A stretch of 55,839 nt of DNA. Source: Myxococcota bacterium. Lineage in GTDB: Bacteria; Myxococcota_A; Polyangia; Polyangiales; Sandaracinaceae. The DNA lies in the NCBI GenBank assembly GCA_036149055.1, contig JAYZQJ010000055.1:1-55839 (forward strand), written 5' to 3'. The translations under genes were made by a program, and so were the position numbers. How positions within the stretch are numbered: the first letter of the stretch is position 1; the number at the start of each line of letters is the position of its first letter. Shown here piece by piece: positions 16,803 to 25,637 of this stretch. Under the pieces are notes generated by a model, which worked only from the letters and a program-made list of their open reading frames with translations, was not told the DNA's origin and did not search any database.

Positions 16803-18494
16803 TCAGGCGCTCCCGACAGCCGTGTGTGAGGCCAGCTCGCCGCGCTCGTAGAGCTGCTGCGTCTTGCGCCGCTGGTGCTTGCCGCTGGAGGTCTTCGGCA
16901 GGGTGCCGACCGGCGAGATCACCACGTCGGCGACCTGCAGGCCGAAGTCCGCGAAGATCGTCTCGGCGATCTGCTTCCGCAGCCGCTCCGCGTCGGCGCG
17001 GTTCGCCTCCGCCATCACCACCAGCTCCTCGGTGCCATCGCGGACGACGCTGAATGCACAGACGTTGCCACGACGGACACCCTCGAGCTCGCCGACCGCC
17101 CACTCCAGGTCCTGGGGGTAGTGGTTGGCGCCCTTGATGATGATCAGGTCCTTGATCCGTCCGCAGATGTAGACGCTGCCGTCGACCGTGTACCCGAGGT
17201 CACCGGTGTGAAGCCAGCCGTCACGGAGGCCGGCCGCGGTGGCCTCGGGGTTGCGGAAGTAGCCGGGGGTGACCGAGGGGCCGCGGGCCACGATCTCGCC
17301 GACCCGGCGGTCCTCGAGCGTCTCGCCCTGCTCGTCGACGATGCGCAGCTCGTGCCCCGGGAAGGGCACGCCGCAGCCGACGATCTCGAGCGCGTCGGTC
17401 GCGCCCTCGGCGGCCGGGGCCGCGATCCCGTCGCGCATCGCCGCCGGGTCGACCCGGTCCACCACCATCTCCTCCTCGCGGGGGTGGAAGGTGATGGCGA
17501 GGCAGCTCTCGGCCATGCCGTAGCTCGGCAGGAGCGCCTTCGGCGAGAAGCCGCAGGCGGAGAAGCGATCGGCGAACTCGAGCAGCGTCTTGGCCCGGAT
17601 GGGCTCGGCGCCGCAGCCGGCGACCCGCAGCGTGCTCAGGTCGAGCTCGGCGAGGTCCTTGTCGCGCACCCGCTTGGTCACGAGCTGGTAGGCGAAGTTC
17701 GGCGCGTAGGTGATGGTGCCGCGGTGCTTGGTGATGAGCTCGAGCCACATGCGCGGCATGCGAGCGAAGTGGGCGGTCGGCATCAGCACCACCGGCAGGT
17801 CCACGATCAGCGTGCCGAGCACGAAGCCGATCAGGCCCATGTCGTGGAAGAGCGGGAGCCAGCTCACCCCGACGTCGTCGGGCGTGCGGTTCAGGCCGTG
17901 CGGGCCGAGGAACGCGGTCGCGTTCGCCACCAGGTTGCCGTGCGTGACCATCACGCCCTTGGGCTTGCTGGTGCTGCCGCTGGTGAACTGGAGGAAGCAG
18001 AGGTCGTCCGGCCCGATCGCCGGGCGCTCGAACGGGGGCGGCGCGCCCTCGAAGCACTCGGGGGCGAAGAGGATCTCGCGACCCTCGAGCTCCGGGCGGC
18101 CGGCGAGCTTCTCGACCACGTCGCGGTTCTGCTCCATGCAGACCAGCGCCCGCGCGTCCGAGGCCTCGACGATGTGCGCGAGGATGTCGAGGTAGGCGTC
18201 GACCGCCTTGAAGGTCGCCTGGGGGTACATCGGGACCGGCACGAAGCCGCCGACCGACGCGCCCAGGAAGCTCAGGACGAACTCGTGGTTCTCCGGGAGC
18301 AGGAGCGCGACGCGGTCGCCCTTCTCGAGGCCGGCCGCGGCGAGGAAGGCGGCGCGACGCTCCGCCTCCGCGCGCATCGCGGCGTACGGGTAGTAGCGCT
18401 CCTTCCGGTCCAATCCGAGGAACCGGAAGCCGCGCTCCTCCCCGTCGGGGAGGCGGTAGAGCGCCTCCACCAGGGTCTGGGGCTCGGGAGCCAT
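16803..18494 (-). CDS. Fatty acyl-AMP ligase (FAAL)
   Basis: FLQFTSGSTSKPKGV, SWLPLFHDMGLIG, SYGMAE, an insertion before VGCG typical of FAALs, GWLHTGDLG, GRIKD and LPKTSSGK. Start ATG 18494 is supported by the adjacent promoter. Confidence 0.92.
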   Translation of the reverse strand: MAPEPQTLVEALYRLPDGEERGFRFLGLDRKERYYPYAAMRAEAERRAAFLAAAGLEKGDRVALLLPENHEFVLSFLGASVGGFVPVPMYPQATFKAVDAYLDILAHIVEASDARALVCMEQNRDVVEKLAGRPELEGREILFAPECFEGAPPPFERPAIGPDDLCFLQFTSGSTSKPKGVMVTHGNLVANATAFLGPHGLNRTPDDVGVSWLPLFHDMGLIGFVLGTLIVDLPVVLMPTAHFARMPRMWLELITKHRGTITYAPNFAYQLVTKRVRDKDLAELDLSTLRVAGCGAEPIRAKTLLEFADRFSACGFSPKALLPSYGMAESCLAITFHPREEEMVVDRVDPAAMRDGIAAPAAEGATDALEIVGCGVPFPGHELRIVDEQGETLEDRRVGEIVARGPSVTPGYFRNPEATAAGLRDGWLHTGDLGYTVDGSVYICGRIKDLIIIKGANHYPQDLEWAVGELEGVRRGNVCAFSVVRDGTEELVVMAEANRADAERLRKQIAETIFADFGLQVADVVISPVGTLPKTSSGKHQRRKTQQLYERGELASHTAVGSA

Positions 18495-18504
18495 GGGCGC
18501 GCGG

Positions 18505-18533
18505 TTTCTATGGGGTCCCCGATGTGCTGTCAA
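18505..18533 (-). promoter_or_regulatory. Putative sigma70 promoter for the FAAL-ACP operon
   Basis: Minus strand reads TTGACA-17 bp-TAGAAA, ending 10 bp before ATG 18494. Confidence 0.65.
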
Positions 18534-18570
18534 GCCCACCAAAACCGGCCACGCGGCCTGTTTCGCGCCC

Positions 18571-18600
18571 TTGCAGCGCCCCGACCGGCCGAGCTATAGG
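18571..18600 (+). promoter_or_regulatory. Putative sigma70 promoter for the KS-CLF pair
   Basis: TTGCAG-18 bp-TATAGG upstream of ATG 18612, back-to-back with the FAAL promoter. Confidence 0.45.
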
Positions 18601-18611
18601 CACCGCGATTC

Positions 18612-19868
18612 ATGGGCCGCGTCTTCATCACCGGGATGGGGGTCGTCAGCTCGCTGGGCTTCGGTCGGAAGCCGTACTGGGAGGCGCTCGTCGAGGGCCG
18701 GTCCGGCATCAGCGAGGTGAGCCTCTTCGACACCTCGAACCTGCCGCGCAACCTGGGGGGCGAGGTCAAGGGCTTCGTCGCCACCGACTTCATGTCGGAG
18801 CAGGAGGCGCGCCGCATGGGCCGCTGCTCGGCGTTCAGCGTCGCCGCGGCGCGCATGGCCGCCGAGGACGCGGGGCTCACCGAGAAGGACCTCGCCGGCG
18901 AGCGGACCGCGGTCGTGGTCGGCACCACGATGGGCGAGGCCAACGTGCTCGGGGAGCTCCAGCAGGCCTGGATCCACGAGGGCACCGAGGCGGTCCGGCC
19001 GGCGAAGCTGCCGCGCTACGGGACCACGCTGCTCCCCATTCACGTGGCGCGCGCGTTCGGCGCGAGCGGCATGGTGCAGACGCTCCCGGCGGCCTGCGCG
19101 GCCGGCAACTACGCCATCGGCTTCGCCGCCGATCAGATCCGCAGCGGCCGGGCCGACGTCGCCATCACCGGCGCGGTCGAGATCATCGAGAAGCTCGAGT
19201 ACGCGGGCTTCGTCCGCCTCGGCGCGATGAGCCCCGATCTCTGCCAGCCCTTCGACCAGAACCGGAAGGGCCTCATCCTCGGCGAGGGCTCCACGATGCT
19301 GATCCTCGAGAGCGAGGAGCGGGTGGTGCGCCGCGGCGCGACCCCGCTCGCCGAGGTCGGCGGCTACGGCCTCGCGTGCGACGCGCACCACATCACGCGG
19401 CCGCACCCGGAGGGCGAGGGCAGCATCTCGGCGATGCGGCAGGCGATCCAGTCCAGCGGGCTGACCCCCGACGACGTCGATCACATCAACGCCCACGGCA
19501 CCGGCACCGCGGCGAACGACGCGATCGAGGCCAAGGTCATCCGCGAGATCTTCGGCGACCGCGAGCTCCCCGTGACCTCGATCAAGAGCATGATCGGCCA
19601 CTGCATGGGCGCCTCGAGCGCGATGGAGTCGGTCGCCTGCGTGATGACGCTCCAGACCGGGATCATCCCGCCGACCATCAACTACGAGACGCCCGACCCG
19701 GACTGCCCGGTGCACGTGGTCGCGAACGAGAAGCGCGAGGCCAAAGTGGACGTCGTCCTCAACAACGCCCTCGCGTTCGGCGGCTACGACGCGGTCGTCT
19801 GCTTCGCGAACCCCGGGCGGCTGCCCGAGGGCACGGGAGAAGCTCTGGCCGCCGGGGGTGCGGGGTGA
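18612..19868 (+). CDS. Beta-ketoacyl-ACP synthase (FabF-like KS, catalytic)
   Basis: Intact Cys-His-His set: AACAAG, NAHGTGT, KSMIGH; also PFD..RKG..LGEG and AFGG. Confidence 0.95.
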   Translation: MGRVFITGMGVVSSLGFGRKPYWEALVEGRSGISEVSLFDTSNLPRNLGGEVKGFVATDFMSEQEARRMGRCSAFSVAAARMAAEDAGLTEKDLAGERTAVVVGTTMGEANVLGELQQAWIHEGTEAVRPAKLPRYGTTLLPIHVARAFGASGMVQTLPAACAAGNYAIGFAADQIRSGRADVAITGAVEIIEKLEYAGFVRLGAMSPDLCQPFDQNRKGLILGEGSTMLILESEERVVRRGATPLAEVGGYGLACDAHHITRPHPEGEGSISAMRQAIQSSGLTPDDVDHINAHGTGTAANDAIEAKVIREIFGDRELPVTSIKSMIGHCMGASSAMESVACVMTLQTGIIPPTINYETPDPDCPVHVVANEKREAKVDVVLNNALAFGGYDAVVCFANPGRLPEGTGEALAAGGAG

Positions 19869-21058
19869 GGCCGCTCGCGATCACCGGCGTCGGCCAGGTC
19901 TCTCCGCTCGGCCTCGGCGTCGAGGCGCTGCGCGAGGCGTTCGCCGATCCCGAGGCGGCCGCGAAGCGGGCGTTCGCGGGCGAGCCCGAGGTGCTCACCC
20001 GCGAGAAGTTCCCCGAGGCTCACTCGGCCGAGGTCTGGGGCTTCGACCCGAACGCGCACCTGGGCGACAAGGGGCACCGCAACTTCGACCGCCTCACCAA
20101 GTACCTCATCGTCGCGGCCAAGCTCGCGCTCGAGGACGCGGGGGTGAAGAAGGACGGCAAGTTCCTCGGCGCGCTGACGCCGGAGCAGGTCGGCATCTGC
20201 AGCTCGACCGCCTACGGCTCCCTCGACTCGATCACCGAGCTCAACCTCGTCGCCGAGCTCGAGGACCCCCGCTACATCAACCCGGCGCGCTTCCCGAACA
20301 CGGTGATCAACGCGGCCGCCGGCTACGTGAGCATCTGGGAGGACCTGCGGGCCCCCAACGCGACCATCGTCGACGGCAACTGCGGCGCGCTCGACGCGGT
20401 GCTGAGCTGCGAGACGCACCTCGCGCACCGCCGCGCCGACGCGTTCCTCGTGGGCGGCGGCGACGTGATCACCGAGGTCCTCTACCTGGCGCTGCGGCGC
20501 CTCGGCGCGATCGCCGGCGGCTCGGCGAAGTCGGCGCCCGGCGCGCGCGACAGCCAGGGCCTGCACCTCGGCGAGGGGGCGGCCTACCTCTTGGTCGAGC
20601 GCGAGGCGGAGGCGAAGGCGCGGGGCGCCCGCGTCCGGGCGCGCCTGCGCGGCTACGGCACCGCCTTCGACCCGCCCAAGCGGCAGGCGCGGCTGCTCCA
20701 CGCGTCGAGCTCCGCGGTGGCCCGCGCGGTCCGCGGCGCCCTGAGCGACGCCGGGATCGAGGCGAAGGACGTCGACGTCGTCTGCTCGGCCGCGTCCGGG
20801 CTGCGCCCCTTCGACGGCGCGGAGCTCTCCGGCCTGGCCGAGGTCTTCGACGGCACCGCCATCGCGGCCCCCAAGGCGCTCTGGGGTGAGAGCTTCAGCG
20901 GCGCTGCCGCGCTCGGCATGGCCTCGGCCGTGACGTGGATCGAGGGCGCGACGCCGGGACCGGTGGTCGTCGGCGAGGCGCCCTCGAAGGTGGAGACGGT
21001 CGTGGTGACCAGCGTCGGCTACTACGGCAACGTCTCCGCGGTCGTGCTCTCGAGCTGA
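19865..21058 (+). CDS. Non-catalytic KS homologue (chain-length-factor-like)
   Basis: GTGA overlap with the KS stop; KS fold (AITGVGQVSPLG, PARFPNTVINAAAG, LGEGAA). The catalytic Cys position aligns to N (DGNCG), HGTGT is replaced by SAASG and GH by GE. Confidence 0.88.
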   Translation: MRPLAITGVGQVSPLGLGVEALREAFADPEAAAKRAFAGEPEVLTREKFPEAHSAEVWGFDPNAHLGDKGHRNFDRLTKYLIVAAKLALEDAGVKKDGKFLGALTPEQVGICSSTAYGSLDSITELNLVAELEDPRYINPARFPNTVINAAAGYVSIWEDLRAPNATIVDGNCGALDAVLSCETHLAHRRADAFLVGGGDVITEVLYLALRRLGAIAGGSAKSAPGARDSQGLHLGEGAAYLLVEREAEAKARGARVRARLRGYGTAFDPPKRQARLLHASSSAVARAVRGALSDAGIEAKDVDVVCSAASGLRPFDGAELSGLAEVFDGTAIAAPKALWGESFSGAAALGMASAVTWIEGATPGPVVVGEAPSKVETVVVTSVGYYGNVSAVVLSS

Positions 21059-21059
21059 C

Positions 21060-21761
21060 CTACTGCAGGCCGCCCTCGGGATCGTAGACCGGGTCGGTCG
21101 CGGGCGGGGGCGCGGCGCCGCCGCTGGGCTGCCAGGTCGGCTCGGCGGCCGGCTGCGCGCCGCCGCCGGGGGACTCTCCGCCGCCGATCCAGCCGACGAG
21201 CGAGAAGCCGAGCACGATCTGGAAGCCGGCCCGCTCCGCGTCGCCGCGGTAGAGGAAGTTCAGCTGGCCGAAGGGGCTGATGCTGAACGAGTCCGACGCG
21301 AAGATGTGGATGCCGCCGAAGGCGCCCGCGGTGAGCGACGCGTAGGGGTCGCGCACGTCGGGGAAGTCGGCCACGAAGCCCAGCTGGCCGCCGACGAAGG
21401 CCGCCATCGTCTCGCCCATCGGGAGCACCGCCTCCACGAAGGGGAGCAGCGAGATCTGGCCGGCGATGGAGTCGCCGGGGGCCGCGGGATCGACGAGGAC
21501 GAAGCCGAAGCTCGTGCGGGCGCCGATGGCCAGGTTCTCGAGCACCATGTAGCTGGCGCCGAAGCCGAGCTGCGAGGGCGTGAGCCCGACCTGGTAGACG
21601 CCGACGACGTCGGGGAAGAAGCTGATCCCGACGACGGTGTTGTCGTTGTGGAGCCGGAACTGCCCCTCGCTCGGCTGGGCCGAGGCGGGGGCGGCGAAGG
21701 CGAGGAGGATCGCGGCGCCCAGGGCGGCGACCGCGGCGCGGGTGCTCGAGTGTGCTGACAT
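21060..21761 (-). CDS. Exported protein, probable small outer-membrane beta-barrel
   Basis: Signal peptide (AAPASAQ), about 8 amphipathic Gly/aromatic-rich beta-strand-like segments and a Pro-rich tail. Confidence 0.65.
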   Translation of the reverse strand: MSAHSSTRAAVAALGAAILLAFAAPASAQPSEGQFRLHNDNTVVGISFFPDVVGVYQVGLTPSQLGFGASYMVLENLAIGARTSFGFVLVDPAAPGDSIAGQISLLPFVEAVLPMGETMAAFVGGQLGFVADFPDVRDPYASLTAGAFGGIHIFASDSFSISPFGQLNFLYRGDAERAGFQIVLGFSLVGWIGGGESPGGGAQPAAEPTWQPSGGAAPPPATDPVYDPEGGLQ

Positions 21762-21860
21762 GTGTGGTCTCCCGCGCCCATCGTATCGGCTCGGGCGACC
21801 GGCGGGAAAAATCCGTCCACTGGCCGACGGGCCCCGAAGCCGTCATGGTTCCGCCGCATC

Positions 21861-23093
21861 ATGAGCTGGATTCACGAAAAGGCGCACGCCGAGCTCGCCC
21901 GGATTCGCGAGGCCAAGGAGAAGCAGGTCTACCCCTTCTTCAAGCCCTTCGAGTCGGGCGGCCTGCACACGACGATCGACGGCCACCCGATCGTCAATTT
22001 CAGCAGCAACGACTACCTGGGCCTGACCAACCACCCGAAGGTGAAGGAGGCCGCCAAGGCCGCCGTCGACAAGTACGCGGTGGGCCTGTCGAGCTCCCGG
22101 GTGCAGGCGACCACCGTCGCCCACGTCGAGCTCGAAGAGCGGCTGGCCAAGTGGTTCGGCGCCGAGGCGTGCCTCCTCTTCACGACCGGCTACCAGGCGA
22201 TGGTCGGCACCATCATGTCCTTCGCCGACAAGGACACCACGCTCATCCTCGACAACCTCGCCCACGCTTGCATCCTCGACGGCACCTTCCTCGCCGCGGG
22301 CACGCCGGCGAACCAGCCCGAGGTCCGGTTCTTCAACCACAACTCGGTCCGCTCGCTCGAGCGCGTGCTGAAGACCAAGCAGCGCGAGAAGGCCATGGTG
22401 CTCGTCGAGGGCATCTACTCGCTCGACGGCGACAAGGCGGTCATCAAGGACATCATCGACGTCTGCGAGAAGTACGACGCCGTCCTCTGCCTCGACGACG
22501 CGCACGGCACCGGCACCCTCGGCACGCATGGGCGCGGCATCCTCGAGGAGCAGGGGCTCGAGGGGAAGGCGCCGCTCGTCGTCAGCACCTTCAGCAAGGT
22601 CTTCGGCGGCATCGGCGGCATCCTCTGGGGCGACCGTGACGTGGTCGACCACGTGAAGCACCGCGCGCGCTCCTTCCTGTTCAGCGCGTCGCTCCCGGTG
22701 CCGATCGTCGAGGGCGCCTCGACCATCCTCACCATGCTCGAGGAGGAGGGCCCGGCGCTCGTCAGCGAGCTTCACGAGAAGGCGCAGTACTTCCGCGGGC
22801 GGCTGACCGAGATCGGCTTCGACCTCGGCAAGAGCGACACCCACATCATGCCGGTGATGTGCAACGACGAGCGCAAGGCGCTCTTCATGCACGTCGCCCT
22901 GCTCGAGAACGGCGTGATGATGGTGCCGATCACCTACCCGGGCGTGAAGAAGGGCGAGGAGCGCCTCCGGGTGAACATCACCCGCGGGCACACCCGCGAG
23001 GACATGGACAAGGCGCTCGAGCTGCTCGAGATGTACGGCGAGGCGTTCTTCGTGCTCAGCGGAGAAGACCTCGGCCCGATGGAGCTGGACTGA
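21861..23093 (+). CDS. PLP-dependent alpha-oxoamine synthase (serine palmitoyltransferase/BioF/Kbl family)
   Basis: NFSSNDYLGLTNHP, TTGYQAM, HACILDG, FNHN, EGIYSLDGD, DDAHG and STFSKVFG (PLP lysine). Start placed at ATG 21861. Confidence 0.92.
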   Translation: MSWIHEKAHAELARIREAKEKQVYPFFKPFESGGLHTTIDGHPIVNFSSNDYLGLTNHPKVKEAAKAAVDKYAVGLSSSRVQATTVAHVELEERLAKWFGAEACLLFTTGYQAMVGTIMSFADKDTTLILDNLAHACILDGTFLAAGTPANQPEVRFFNHNSVRSLERVLKTKQREKAMVLVEGIYSLDGDKAVIKDIIDVCEKYDAVLCLDDAHGTGTLGTHGRGILEEQGLEGKAPLVVSTFSKVFGGIGGILWGDRDVVDHVKHRARSFLFSASLPVPIVEGASTILTMLEEEGPALVSELHEKAQYFRGRLTEIGFDLGKSDTHIMPVMCNDERKALFMHVALLENGVMMVPITYPGVKKGEERLRVNITRGHTREDMDKALELLEMYGEAFFVLSGEDLGPMELD

Positions 23094-24171
23094 CCGCCTC
23101 GCCGGCCACGCCGAGCTCGGCCTCGAGGCGAGCGAGGTGGCGGCGGGCGACCGACGCGAAGCGGGAGCTGGTGCCGCCCTCGGCGAGGAAGAGGCGCCAG
23201 CTCCGCAGCGCGCGCTCGAGCCCGGGGCGGTCCGCGGCGCCGTCCATGCGCGCCGTGGCCTCGTGCCCGAGCGCCTCGTAGGCGTGCAGCTCGTAGATCG
23301 GCTCGAAGAAGACGAAGTCCAGGTGCAGCACGCTCATCGCCCCGTGCCGGCGGTGCAGCGTGGCGAAGCGCGGATCGTTCGGGTCGATGGGGTCGGCGCG
23401 GAGCGCGCGCGTCGCCACCTCGAGGGCCGCGTCCCGATCGCCGCTGCGGTCGAGCGCGAGCGCCAGCCCCCACTGCGCGAGCGCCCGGGTGAAGGGATCC
23501 TCCGTCTGCTCGATCGCCGCCTCGTAGTGTTCGATCGCGGCGCGCAGATCGCCGGTCAGCATCGTCACCTCGGCCAGGTTGCCGTGCACGTTCGCGCGAT
23601 CGAGCCCGCTGAAGAGGAAGGCGAGCGCCCGCTCGGTGGCGGCGGGCATGTAGAAGCGATCCTCGAGCGCGACGGTCGGCGGCAGCGCGCTCCGGAGCGC
23701 CGCCTCGTACTCGGCCCGCGCCTCGGCGAATTCCTGGCGGCGCATGTGGAGCATCGCCAGCTCGTAGGCCACGCGGTCCGGGAAGAAGGCGGGATCGAGG
23801 GCCCGCACCCGGCGCCACTGCTCGATCGCCTCGTCCGCGCGGTGCTCGGTGCCGCCGTCCCGGGCCGGGCGCTCCCAGCGCGTCAGCGCGTAGGCGGTGT
23901 AGTAGGCCAGCTCCGGGTCGTCGGGCAGCACCCGCCGCGCGCGCTCGAAGCGCACCAGGGCCTGCTCGAGCAGCACCCACCGCGGCGCCGCGCCGAGCGC
24001 CGGGTCCCCGGGGGTCAGCCCGTGCACCAGCTTGGTGAGGCCCTGCCGCATCCGCCGGCGCCCGAGCCGCTCCGCCGGATCGAACACCTCCGACCAGCCG
24101 CCCTCCTGCGCTCGCGCCGTGGTCGGCAAGAGAGGCAGGGCGAGCGCGAGCAAGAGGAGCGAGCGCAGCAC
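23056..24171 (-). CDS. Exported TPR-like helical repeat protein
   Basis: Signal peptide ending ARA-Q; TPR-like segments (VHGNLAEVTMLTGDLRAAIEHYEAAI, AQWGLALALDRSGDRDAAL). Confidence 0.75.
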   Translation of the reverse strand: MLRSLLLLALALPLLPTTARAQEGGWSEVFDPAERLGRRRMRQGLTKLVHGLTPGDPALGAAPRWVLLEQALVRFERARRVLPDDPELAYYTAYALTRWERPARDGGTEHRADEAIEQWRRVRALDPAFFPDRVAYELAMLHMRRQEFAEARAEYEAALRSALPPTVALEDRFYMPAATERALAFLFSGLDRANVHGNLAEVTMLTGDLRAAIEHYEAAIEQTEDPFTRALAQWGLALALDRSGDRDAALEVATRALRADPIDPNDPRFATLHRRHGAMSVLHLDFVFFEPIYELHAYEALGHEATARMDGAADRPGLERALRSWRLFLAEGGTSSRFASVARRHLARLEAELGVAGEAVSPAPSGRGLLR

Positions 24172-24198
24172 GGTCCGAGGATATCAGGGGGCGGCCTC

Positions 24199-24242
24199 GT
24201 AGCCAGGTCGTGGCCAGATGGTGGCCAGGTGGTAGCCAGGTG
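24199..24242. repeat. Four tandem 11-bp direct repeats in a divergent intergenic region
   Basis: GTAGCCAGGTC, GTGGCCAGATG, GTGGCCAGGTG, GTAGCCAGGTG. Confidence 0.85.
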
Positions 24243-24287
24243 GTGACGGCGCGAGCCGGCGCTCCCGGCCGGGTGTACGCTGCGCTC

Positions 24288-25592
24288 GTGCGCGCCTTCT
24301 TCGCCTTGTCCGCGGTCCTCGCGGGATGCAGCGTCCAGACCCCGCCCCCGATCCCCTCGCCCGACGGCGGCGACGACGACGCGGGCTTCGACGCCGGGCT
24401 CCCCGACGCCGGGCCGCCGCCCGACGCGCCGATGACGCCGGTCGACGCCGGGCCCCTCGACCCCGACGCGGCCTGCACGTCCGCCACGACCCGCGCCGAG
24501 GTGGAGCGCCTGCCGGTCGACATCATCTGGATGGTCGACAACTCCTCGAGCATGCAGCCGGCGATCGAGGAGGTGCAGCGCGGCTTGAACGACTTCGCCG
24601 CGCTGATCGGGGCGCGCGACCTCGACTACCGGGTGATCATGCTGAGCCTCCGCGGGCGCGGCGAGACGACGGTCGGCGGCTCGCGTCGCTACCAGGTCTG
24701 CATCCCGCAGCCGCTGTCGGGCGACGCGAGCTGCGGCGACGGCCCGCGCTTCTTCCAGGTCAGCCTCGACGTGCGCAGCACCCAGCCGCTCGAGCAGTTC
24801 CTCGGCACCCTCGGCCAGACGTCCGGGTACACCTCCAGCGACGACCGCGGCAGCGAGCCGTGGCAGTCCCTGATGCGGCCCGAGGCCACCAAGACCATCG
24901 TGGTCGTGACCGACGACAACGCGCGCATGGTCGTGCGGAGCGGCGGCGGCTACGCGCCGGGGCCGGGGGGAGGGCGCAGCGAGGGCGATCCGGTCGCGAC
25001 CGCCGACTGGTTCGAGACGTTCGCCGGCGGCAGCAACCCGTTCAGCTCGCGCAGCCTCCCGGAGGGCATCCTGCACGCCCGCTGGGGCGGGATCTTCGAG
25101 GGCTACACCTTCGCCGGGCTCTACGGGTGGGGCTCCGAGGCCGACGACACGGTGCGCTGCGACTACCCCGCGGGCGGCTCTCCGCCGGCGAGCGGCCGGA
25201 CCTACAGCGAGCTCGTGCGGCGCACCGGCGGCGTGCGCGCGAAGATCTGCGACGGGCCGGCGGCCTGGGCGCCCTTCTTCGACGCCGTCGCCAGCGCGGT
25301 CGAGCGCCGGAGCCGGATCGACTGCGAGATCCCGATCCCGGAGCCGCCGATGGGCATGTTCTTCCAGCGCGACCGCATCAACGTCTTCCTGGACGACGGC
25401 GGCGGCAGCGAGCGGCTCGGCAAGGTGCCCTCGGCCGGCGCCTGCGACGCGCGGGGCGGCTGGTACTACGACGACGACGACGCGCCGGGCGCGGTCATCC
25501 TCTGCCCGGACTCCTGCGCGGCGGTGCAGCCCAGCGAAGGCGTCACCACCTCGGTGGACGTGCAGTTCGGCTGTCAGACCGTTCCAATTTGA
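24288..25592 (+). CDS. VWA-like lipoprotein with Cys-containing C-terminal domain
   Basis: Lipobox LAGC, PDAG linker, VDIIWMVDNSSSM (DxSxS), IVVVTDD and terminal GWYYD...LCPDSC...FGC. Start placed at GTG 24288. Confidence 0.8.
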   Translation: MRAFFALSAVLAGCSVQTPPPIPSPDGGDDDAGFDAGLPDAGPPPDAPMTPVDAGPLDPDAACTSATTRAEVERLPVDIIWMVDNSSSMQPAIEEVQRGLNDFAALIGARDLDYRVIMLSLRGRGETTVGGSRRYQVCIPQPLSGDASCGDGPRFFQVSLDVRSTQPLEQFLGTLGQTSGYTSSDDRGSEPWQSLMRPEATKTIVVVTDDNARMVVRSGGGYAPGPGGGRSEGDPVATADWFETFAGGSNPFSSRSLPEGILHARWGGIFEGYTFAGLYGWGSEADDTVRCDYPAGGSPPASGRTYSELVRRTGGVRAKICDGPAAWAPFFDAVASAVERRSRIDCEIPIPEPPMGMFFQRDRINVFLDDGGGSERLGKVPSAGACDARGGWYYDDDDAPGAVILCPDSCAAVQPSEGVTTSVDVQFGCQTVPI

Positions 25593-25637
25593 GACCTTCT
25601 TCGACTCTCGAGCGAAGCGGCGTATGGTTTCGGACGC

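Noticed and set aside
21861..23093. Assigning the symbol bioF or spt
   Set aside because: Family motifs are shared and diagnostic loops are atypical; this cannot be resolved without phylogeny or assay.
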